A stretch of DNA of 64,000 bases. Source: Chrysomallon squamiferum. Taxonomy: Eukaryota; Animalia; Mollusca. Positions 27,707-38,091 of the stretch are shown piece after piece. Each line of letters starts with the position of its first letter. Position 1 is the first letter of the stretch. Under the pieces are notes generated by a model. That model did not search any database. It was not told the DNA's origin and saw only the letters and a program-made list of their open reading frames with translations. The position numbers were made by a program, and so were the translations under genes. The stretch is from contig CM022669.1 in NCBI GenBank assembly GCA_012295275.1, forward strand, positions 5,084,001 to 5,148,000. Reading direction: 5' to 3'.

Positions 27707-29075
27707 TAAAATAAAATAAAAAAAAATAAAATAAAATAAAATAAAATAAAATAAAATGAAGAAGAAAAGGTTTCACCTGATATTCCACGCTGTATAACAT
27801 TCTGGGTTAATAAGAAGAATTGCTCTTGTTAGTTTTATCACATCTTCAGGTTCTGTAATAAAACATCCAGTAAAATGTTTGAATGTTTTACATTTATAAC
27901 AGAGAATAACCAAGACAAAGATAAAAATCTGCATATATTCAAATTATTGCAGAGTTTACTGTAAACTGTGATTAATTATTAGTAATTACTTTTCACTTAA
28001 TTATTATTAAAGATTACTTATTGAATTTAAAATTATTACAATATGTCGAGATGGAAAAATTTAACCAAACCATTGAATTTAATAATTCAATCTTTATAAT
28101 TCAGTCATTTTGTCTTTAATTGTTTTTACACTTTACAGGTATAGTGAAGTAATTTTTATTTATTTATTTTATTTTTCAGTAAAAAACAAATAAAATAATC
28201 TATTTTAATTTAAATTACAATAATTAATTTATGGTCACAGAGAAAGAAAATGTCAAACCAATAAATTTAAGTGCTCCATCTTTGTGATGCCAGTCAAGGA
28301 GCTTATCATATGCATGTTGGTAAAGAATTGGAATGCACCACATTTCAAAACCGAGTTTGTGTTGAGAAATTATCAGAGGACTTTTGTTTTCTTTGGGTTC
28401 CATCACAGCAATAAAGTCAAACTCATCTCTGAAAACAATTTAATAATAATAATAAAATAATTACTATTTTGGATCAGATATACTGGCTTTTATAGGTATT
28501 CTGTAATGATGGTCTGATAAAGGAGTCCCGTTATGTGTGTGCGTGTATGTGTGTGTGTGTGTGTATGTGCGCGCGGGGGGAGGCAACCCACACAGCCATA
28601 CTACAAAACAAAATATATGCTTTACGTATCATAATAGACTGCTACTGTGTTAGTAACAGTTTACAGTGTTACATTGTTTGTATTACTGAATTTAATTTTA
28701 AATATGAAAATATTGTTTTATTTAATTCTCAGTTAATTGTAATTATCTTTGGTTATACGGAGGCAAATAATTTATTGAAATGCTGAGCTGAAAGGGAGAA
28801 AATAAGTTTAATAACAAATCATCGAATGGAAAAATACACTTTAATTTAAAATTAAAGTCCAAGAGTAAGACTCTAAAGAAACTGGAATTTAAAGGTTGGG
28901 AAGAAATGAAGGTCAGAAGAGTATTGACGCTCAGGCTCTGATGAATTAACTGGATTTTCTAAAATGTAACTTTATTCATCTAAAAGTATCATTATTTTAA
29001 TACGCACATTAAAGGATCTTTTCTGAAACATCCATTTAAATCTGCAAGAATTCTTGCACCTCTCTGATCCGCCAT
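24813..29075 (-). CDS. PTAR1: Protein prenyltransferase alpha subunit repeat-containing protein 1 (GGTase-III alpha subunit), ~408 aa; join complement(29008..29075, 28259..28428, 27777..27852, 27243..27347, 26499..26811, 25484..25710, 24813..25080)
   Basis: Seven exons with GT-AG boundaries that join in frame (1227 nt). Prenyltransferase-alpha repeat motifs: LLINPECYTAWNIRKELI, KHPKSTETFIHRRWLL, YPSNYHAWSHRIWV, HISDHSGFHYRQFLL, YPEHEALWYHRRYVF, and C-terminal ARKYKEWI. These match PTAR1 as I recall it. Confidence 0.95.
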
Positions 29076-29483
29076 TTTATTTGTTTATATCACATGATTG
29101 AATACATTTCCGGAAAGATAGATTACCGGGAAATAGATAAAGAAACATTTGATTTATCAAAATTCTTCACTGGAAATTTAGTTATTATTTTAATATTGTT
29201 ATAGTATCATCATCATTATCATAACAAATCGTCTAGTCCGTTGAATTCAGAAAAAAAAATGTAGTATGGAACATCACATTTTCAAGTAAAATAAGCCTTT
29301 GAAGATATATATTAAAAAATAATAACATAAATAAAAGATACAATACCACTGTATTTAAAGTAAAATTGAAATGTTTTATTTATTTATTTATTTATTTATT
29401 TATTTTTTTAATAGATGAACTGGGAGTAACACAATGTTACGATGGTGCTTTTACTTCAAAAGGCGGAAATCTGACAAACCAAA
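29076..29483. promoter_or_regulatory. Bidirectional promoter shared by PTAR1 and PDCD7
   Basis: The divergent ATGs are 408 bp apart. Both start codons sit in an identical AAAATGGCGG (YY1-type motif). ETS-type palindrome TTCCGGAA at 29108-29115, E-box TCACATGA at 29090-29097, E2F-like GGCGGAAA at ~29462. Confidence 0.75.
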
Positions 29484-32400
29484 ATGGCGGAAGAGCATTG
29501 TTACCAGCAACGAAATCCATTTCCAAGAATGCAGAATGCAGGAGAACAGTTTAACGAGACAAAAGACATTCAGCCGGGACCTTCCGATTTCCGAAATGCA
29601 TCTGTATCAATAAATCGAACTGTCAAGGAAGAATGTTCGACATGGGGACCGGAGTCTAGTGAAAAATCAGTACAAAACCCTTCTGGTCCTTTCAAAGGTG
29701 GACAGTTTTCATCCCCGCATCCTGTTCCTCGTATGCCTGTAAATAACACTACCACTCCATTTGAGGCAAATTTTAACTCTCCATGTTCTAGCTTTCCTCG
29801 TAGATTTCCTAGACCTCCATTACCTTTCCAGCAGGGGCCATATCCTGGTGAGTATGGTCCTAACTGGAGACCGCCGAGATCACCATTGTTTTATCAAAAG
29901 CAACATCAGTTGCATACAGACTATTCATTTGGACATGGTAATCAGCAGACTTTACCGGCAGGACCATCGTACCCACCACCTCCAGAGCACCAGTTTTCAA
30001 CACCACCACCACCTCATCAGAATAATGCACAATATCCACCACCACCACACCAGCAGTACCAACCACAACATCCACCACCATATCCACCACCAGCTCAACA
30101 CCATTCGTCACATTCACAATACCCACCACATGTTGGTTGCGACACTGGAGGTTCATCTGTACAAAGCGATCAAGATGGAAGGTTTAACACAGATGAAATG
30201 GAGACAGATGAGGTTAAATCTAAAGAACAAGCTTTTCTGAGACAAAGGGAAATTGATGAAGAGTGGGTTAAAAACTGGCTGAAGGGAATACAGCTGAAGA
30301 AACCGCCCAAAATTAACCATTTGAAAGTGCGAATTTTAATGATTATACAACTTATTAATATGTCAGTATAAATATATATAGATTATAAAATACATATTAA
30401 ACCAAAAATAAGATGTTTAAAACTTAAATATTAAACTAAGTATTAATAATTCTTTCTTAGAAATCTGTCTTAAACTAAAGTATTTAACTATTAATATACA
30501 AATTTAAAAAAATGGCAAAGGTATTTATGCATATGCGTGTATTTATCTGTCTATATATATATATAAATATGAATATGAATTTATTTTAGATACATGAGGC
30601 TCATGATATAATTCAAAAGAGTATGGTTCTATTAGCAACCCTTCAACAGCAACAAAGGCAACTCCAGTCTATTGCTGAAACTGATGATTCAGTTACCTGG
30701 CAACAGGAAGTAAAAATTATTGAGGATACCAAAGTGAGTTGAATATTTCTACATCTTTATTTTAAACTTTTATTAAAAAAAATGTATATATAAATAGTAT
30801 TTATTTTGGTTATTTTACGCATACATTTTAAATATTACAGGTATTTATTTTTATTACATAAATTTAGAAAAAACAAAACAAATTATAATATTTAATAAAA
30901 TGCTAAAAATATTTATTGATTTTTATTGGTGAATGAGAAAATATTTATTTTAATCTTTCTCACTCTTGAATTAACACAGAAGGAGCTGACAGAAGTGAAA
31001 AACAAACTAACAGATGAGGAAATAGAAAACTTGAAAAAGCAACTTGAAGCAAGAACCAAGAAAAGGGTTTGTATGATTTTCTCACTTCATTTATACCCTC
31101 GGACTGTTGTTAAATTATTATTATTTTTTTTTTTCTCCTTACCAGAATGTTGTTTAAAAAAACACACCAAAACAATAACAGATGAATAGTGTTCAGTTAA
31201 ACTGATGATGAAGGTAAAGAAACAAGAAATCAAACTTTCTATAATTGATTTTTTTAAGTCTTGTTATTTTGGTTATACGCATATACTGGTATAATTTGAA
31301 CCTGAATGTAAATTTCAACTTCACAAAACATATATACATGGCATTCCTTGCTTATTTGTTAGTTTGATACATAACCAAAGGCTTGAACAAAACAAAAGCT
31401 TGAAAGCACGTATATCATATTTGTTTACAAGAACAGGCATCGAAATAAGGATTGTGTCTGGTAACCCATTTAGAGATTACCACAAAACAGGACCTCTAGG
31501 TTACCACAAATTTATCAAGTTTTATGATTCTTGATGATATTTTTTTATTGTCGGTGTTTAAAGCTAGAAAAAGGTGGAATTAAATTAAAAACAAATATCT
31601 CTTTAAACCTAGAAATAATGACTGAGTATAATAAGAAAAAAAATCACAGAAAGAGACAAATTAAAAATGGCCTTACTTCCTTAATTACATATTTTTATTA
31701 TTAAATAATTGTTATTAATTGATAGGCACTGAAGAAGTTTTCCACGTTTAAATTAATCATGTGGGGCTTCCTTTAATTTAATAATTAATTAATGATTAGT
31801 AGTCATATTATACAAGATCTTATAAGAATCAGTAGATTTTAATTTGATGGTTAATGTTTTATTAATAAACGTCATTGATTTTCTTTTTCAGATTTGCACT
31901 TGTGTGTAATAATAATAATAAAATATAACAATAAAAGAATTGATAATAATCTAAATAAGTAAACAATATTAATGCATCATTAACTTATAAGTGTTTAAAA
32001 AATATATATATATAATTAAAGTTTATAATGTTTTTTATTATTGTTATTACTATCATTTATTATTTATTTATTTTATATTTTAAATATTTTTTTTTTTTTT
32101 TTTTATAAAGCAGTTATAGCCAGATGTCATTAAAATATATTTTCATCTTTTCATTTTAAAAAAGAAATTAAATTAAAATGAAATTTAAGAGTTACTTTAA
32201 AACAACAATGTGTGTTTTCTGTTTCAGTAAGCAACAGGAGGCTCTCCTGTTTACATTTCAGTTTGTCTGCCTACAACAGACACTTTGTTAAAACAAAATG
32301 TATCCTTGTTTTGTATCCTTTGTACCCACTGTAATAGTACCATTATACACTGACACATAATAACATGTAATAAAAAAAATACTGCAAAGTATCATTACAG

Positions 32401-35400
32401 AAATATACAGTCCTTACACAGAGTCAACAGACACTAAAATTAAAATTAAATTAAAAATATAATAAAATAAACAAATAGATAAATAAACAACATTTAAAAT
32501 GGTTACATATTTATCATTCAGTAACTGCATATACAGTCTATTGGATTTATTTGTAAATTAAGCATTTAGTAAAACTTCCAGAACACACAGAATTGTTAAA
32601 CACATTTATATAATTAAACAAGTAATATTTTAAGAATGAAAAAAGAAAAAAAAAAGAAAAAACAAAAAAAATCATTTTTATGTCTTGATATTGGGAAATT
32701 GATTGTTAAACTATACTTAAAAAAAAAAAAAATGTAGTTGTCATTATAAATGCACAATGATAAACTATTTTTGGTGAGGGGGTGTTTATTAAACATTCTC
32801 CCATTTACATTAATAACAGTGTTCTATCTCATAAATATTCTTATGAACTTGTATCACTCTTTCTGCTGTTACATATAGGAACGGATAAAAAGGAAGAGAA
32901 AAGCAAATTACGAAGAGAAGTTAATTGAGGAGAAGAATCGAGAGATCAAACATCAGATGATTGACAAATGTCAGCGACAAATAATGCAAAAAGATCTTGA
33001 GGAAAAACAGGTGTGTTTTATATTTGTTTTTGTCTACACAACAGATTTTTTGAGAACTAAGAATTTGCTATATTTTAGAAAAATCTTTTATAAAATGTTA
33101 TCCTGGAGTAAATTAGTTAACATTCTTTGCTTGAAAGTCATTTATGAGTGCATGATGTAATTTACTTAATTGGTGAACATTTTTAATTGCATCCAATATT
33201 TTTATCTGCAGTCATATCATTTTTAAATTCCAAATTATTAACAATAATAATGTAGAAACTTAGATTAGTGTATTAGATAGTAGTTCTAATATTTACTGAA
33301 GTTTTTATGTTTATATATCAATATGATGAAAAAATTATGTTTTGTAGATCATTGAGTTATTTATTATATATATTTAATGAGGTTTTAGTGAATGAGGGGG
33401 GCTGATTGATTTTTTAAATATTTTGCAAAAGATTTATGTATACACACTGAAGACTTCATATTTGTAGAACAAAAATGTGTAACAGAGTTTTGATATTTTG
33501 CAGAACAAAGAGATCAAAGCATCAGCTGATGTGTTTCTCAGTGAAGTCAGAAAGAAATTATCTGATGTTAAGAAAACCATAGAAGTGATAACTGCTCTTA
33601 AAAAACTGAGAAAAATCAGAAGAGATTTTGCAGAAAAACAAGGTAAGTACACTTATCATTGAGATAATTTTCAATACAACTCTTGCCTCCTCAGACATTT
33701 TCGTTTGAAGTGTGCAGTAATTGCTGCAAGTCACAGAGCTCATGAATTAATTTGAAGAACTCAAATTATTTTTCCACCAGATACCAGTGTGTGCTTTGTA
33801 TTATGCAAATATATCTCATATAGAGGAAACATTATATTGTGGCCCTTTATCATACCAGAAAATGGGCACAGTTATGAAAGGAAGAAGCCCATTAAGATAT
33901 AGATGTTGATAAAACATGATTTGAATGATTCATAAAGTAAATATTTTGCTATTATATGAAGCGTTAGACTTTAAACTGTTTTGAGGTATCATTAAAAACT
34001 GTTTTATTTTATTACACAAATTAATGCTTAGACTTCACGATGTTTCACAGGTCGCTATTCATCTGTGGTATATGACGAGGGTTTTGAAAAAACAATGTCA
34101 AATCTGACAAACCTGCTGAAGAAACAACAAGATATTTATCTTGATGAGGAGAAGACATTGAAGGTATTTATTTTTTATATGTATTCAATTTGGTTTATTT
34201 AAGTAAAATGTTTATTTTATAATATATGCACATAACTCAGTTATTGTTGCATAGGGGTCATTCGTTGTCTAATCACCCAATGGTTTAAACCCAACCCCCT
34301 CAGATTTTTATGAAACTTGCTATACTTGTTGATTGGGATACCACAGCACTAAATACAAGGACTGCCATTATTGTTCAGTTTGAAGAATGTTGATTGACCC
34401 AGCAGTTCCTGAGATATGAGGGTTCAAAATTCAGGGGGCCATATCTCCCACACCACTGGTCCGATTGGCCTAAAATGTTGCATTTGTGCTGTGGGATCCC
34501 AAACAACAAGTACACAAGTTTCATAAAAATCTGAGACGGTCAGGTTTAAAATTTCTTTTTTGGGGGATGAATTGACATGGAATGACCCTTAGTTTTATTT
34601 TCTTGTCTCAGGAACATTTTTATAAAACATGTAATTACAGGAAAAATTAATTAAATAAATTTAAAAAAAGATGCAACAACAATAACTACAACAATTATAA
34701 CAATATATTTTTTACATTCATTAATTTATTATCTGTTTGCCATGGTAACCTTTTTGTTTTCCTTTTTTGTAACATTATTTTAATTTAAACTTGAATAGGT
34801 TTATTCATTAACATGCTCATGCATTCATTACTGTTCTGTTACTTAAGAACTGATATTAATTTATTCATTTGTGTATTTATCATTCATTCCCTGTTTGTGA
34901 CCTGTATCTCGATTCTGTTCAAGGTGATGTTGGAGAATGACTGGGTTGAAGCTCTGGAGAAGGAGAAGGAAGAGAAGATACACACAGACTTGGTGAAGAA
35001 GAGAAGAGAAATGAGAAAATATGAGGAGATGCTGTTTGGAAAACAAGGTTATCTTTCTTTTCTCTGTTGATGTGGAAAATCTAGCCGTTTTCATTTAAGA
35101 GTAGATGATTTTTAAAATTAATCGTAAATTAGAATTTATGTGTATCTTTTCATGACCAATTTTGAATTAATAATATTTATAATTTTGAAAAAACCCACAT
35201 AAAAAATACATGCAAAAACAGTTAAATATCTGGTCATTGTTATATTAATAATAATGATAATGACAGTGACAGTAATGATAACAATAACTAACTAATAAAT
35301 ACAGTAATAATAAATAAATAAATAAATAAATAAATAAAAAATAAAAATAAATAACAGCAAAAACTATAGGAAACAAACCACTGAAATAGTTCTAAAAAAA

Positions 35401-35905
35401 ATATATATATATATGTACATTTTTTCATTGTTGTTGACTGTTTATTTGTTACTGACAAGTCATCTTTATACTTGTTATAATTTGTGGTTTGTCACTGTAT
35501 TTCAGAGTCCCCACCTCCAGACAGTGAACTGTATCCTATCTATCAGTTTTACACTCAGGCAGAACACAGCTTGGAAGCCTTGATTAAAATCAGGTTGGTA
35601 TTTTTCTCAGAATTAATATTTACTTATTTATGTTGTTGTTTTCCATGTCAGATTTGAGACTACTTATAAATAATTTATTTCTTTTTGTGATTTTTTTAGC
35701 TTATCTTTTTGCAGTGTCCATTTTTGTTTTAGTTTTTAATGATTAAATTTATTTTATTTTTCATCTATTTTCATTCTTAATAATATTGTTGGTATTTACT
35801 AAATTATTTCAAATGTTTTAATAAATATAAATCTTTCTGTGACTGGATTATATATTGAAGCAATTTTTTTATTACATGTATTTATTTATTTATTATTATT
35901 ATTAA

Positions 35906-35972
<67 letters not shown>

Positions 35973-36265
35973 ATTTACAACAAAAATATTATTCAACATT
36001 CTGAGAAATTAGATCTTCAGAGAAAAAAATCTTAAAATAATAAACAATTTTTTGAGAAACAGATTCATTTCTGATCTAGATGTTTATGATGTAAGACTGA
36101 CAGTCAGGTACATATTGTTGCATACTGTGATGTTCATTTTGCAGACGAGGTTGGGACTTGTTCATAGTACCAGAGTCGGTTCCTGGAAGCAGTCGAATTC
36201 CTGATGGCTGGGTCCTACCAGCTGAACCCAGCAGTGAAGCATGGGCAGCTGTACTGAAAAAATGA
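29484..36265 (+). CDS. PDCD7: Programmed cell death protein 7 / U11/U12 snRNP 59-kDa protein, ~596 aa; join(29484..30326, 30590..30733, 30980..31066, 32879..33010, 33504..33642, 34051..34163, 34924..35047, 35506..35593, 36145..36265)
   Basis: Pro/Gln-rich N-terminus, DEEWVKNWL, charged coiled coil, ADVFLSEVRKK...LKKLRKIRR, YLDEEKTLKVMLE, and the diagnostic C-terminus FYTQAEHSLEALIKIRRGWDLFIVP...GSSRIPDGWVLPAEPSSEAWA. Nine exons with GT-AG boundaries join in frame (1791 nt). Confidence 0.93.
32300..32321 (+). promoter_or_regulatory. Tandem U12-type 5' splice-site motif (USSE-like U11 snRNP-binding splicing enhancer) in PDCD7 intron 3
   Basis: GTATCCTT (32300-32307), gtttt, GTATCCTTT (32313-32321). 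Pyrimidine-rich cryptic acceptors lie upstream (AG at 32226-27, 32260-61, 32278-79). The host gene encodes a U11 snRNP protein. Confidence 0.7.
34255..34588. mobile_element. Non-autonomous foldback DNA transposon (MITE) in PDCD7 intron 6
   Basis: Terminal inverted repeats GGGTCATTC(g/c)(t/a)TGTC...GACATGGAATGACCC. A long internal inverted repeat (ctcagatttttatgaaacttg / caagtttcataaaaatctgag; gggataccacagcac / gtgctgtgggatccc). Flanks ATAG/TTAG resemble a 4-bp TSD with one mismatch; a TA TSD is the alternative reading. Confidence 0.85.
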
Positions 36266-36675
36266 CACCATACAGTGTTAACAAAACCTGTTACATAACA
36301 CCGTTCGATCCCAGTGAAAAATACCTTTATGCAGTGTTACTAAAACCTTGAAATCATACATTAGCTAGATATAACAAAAGCAGTGAAGCATGGTCGGCTG
36401 TACTGAATAAATAACACCATACTGTGTTAACAAAACCTGTTACATAACACCATTCGATCCCAGTGAGAAAAAAGTTACTTTATGCAATGTTTCTAGAACT
36501 TGTTTGTGAAAAAATACTTTGTCTTTAGCGTGATGGAATAAAAGCAGTGAAATGTGGGCAGCCATACTGAAAAAGTGACACCAGACCATGTCACAGAAAC
36601 CTGTTACACAACACCATTTGAACCCAGTGAAAAAAACAGTTACTTTATGCAAAAACACTTGTGTTAAAACTTGGT
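36230..36675 (+). repeat. Three tandem ~150-165 bp copies covering the last 11 PDCD7 codons, the stop codon and the proximal 3'UTR
   Basis: Copies start at 36230, 36379 and 36543 (agcagtgaa...tgg...tactgaa...acacca...aaacctgttaca.aacacc.tt.ga.cccagtga...ctttatgca). Confidence 0.9.
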
Positions 36676-37999
36676 GAGACAAAATATATCTTATCACTGA
36701 GACAATGTTACATGTACTTTTCCCATCGAATTGTGATACTTGGATTTCTACCCCTTAAAACTGAGACCTTTCAGAATTTACCAGTGAGACTCCATCTATT
36801 TTTACTGTTAAAAGTGAAGACATTAGGTTATGTTCTGAATCTTACAATAATAAATGATAACCTTGACTTTTTCTGTTTATTGTGTTAATTTAGTGATAAA
36901 AAGTCACTCCAAGTAATATCATCCAAATCTTGGCCATCTAATACAAGTAGTAAAAGCATATATCATAATGTTCATTGTATATTAACAATATACTAAGTCA
37001 TCAGAACATACCAGTGACTACCTGAAGTCATATCTGTGGTTATATTGAATGTACAGGCAAATGAGCCTCTTAATGAAATACAAACATCAATCATAAAACT
37101 GTAAATGGAACTAGTGTATATTGGCAATTACAAATGAGAAAATGAAAATAATGATAAAATATTTCGTGGAACCATCAGAATTCAGTGACACTATGAGAAC
37201 TTTAAAGGACACTGACTGTCAGGAAAGCTATCAACATAGAAGTATATTCCATTTAAACATTGTATCTAACATCCAAAGATATAAATATATATTTGACGCC
37301 AAATAAATGATTCATTAATATCTTGCTTACAGTTGTTTGAATAGATAAATTAATTACAGACATAAGAAAAATTAATTATACAAATTTTGGTTTATAAAAC
37401 TCGCATTTGAACTTTCATAATAGAATATTATCTTCAGATAGCACTTTTTTTTTTTTTTTTTTTTTTTTTTCCTTATTTAAATTACTGTACAGTAAAATAT
37501 ATTCTTTTGTGATACATATTATTTACATGGGCGTTAGCAATTCTTTAGAAATGTTTTTTTTTTTTTCCCCAAGTTAAACGAGAGTAAAATCACGTCACTT
37601 TATATTGGTGGCCTCTGAGCGGGCGTGGCTGGTCCTGCGATAAAGACGGTCCAACTGTATTTTAATCACGACATTGTCTCTGTCTGCCCTGCCCAATTTA
37701 ACAGACATGGATCATATGACAAGTAAATAACACTTGAGACAAAATTTACTGATGCTGTTTTCATTAACTGTTTTTCTGAGACTCGCAGAGTGTCTGCGGT
37801 TCTATTGATTGGAGGCGCGTTTAAACACGAAAAAGTACAACAGTGTGAAGGACCGACAGATTTATTGGATAGACGGAACGATTTGGCGTGTGAATTTAGT
37901 TTGCTAAACGATTAAAGATTTATAACGTCGCGCCGCTAGCTGGACGTAGAATGTAGCCCGAAACCACTGAGACCTCTCAATTTGACGACCATTTGATTT

Positions 38000-38091
<92 letters not shown>

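Noticed and set aside
35048-35505. PDCD7 intron 7 donor GTTATCTTTC as a U12-type intron
   Set aside because: It does not match RTATCCTT, and there is no TCCTTRAC branch site near the acceptor; treated as a weak U2 donor.
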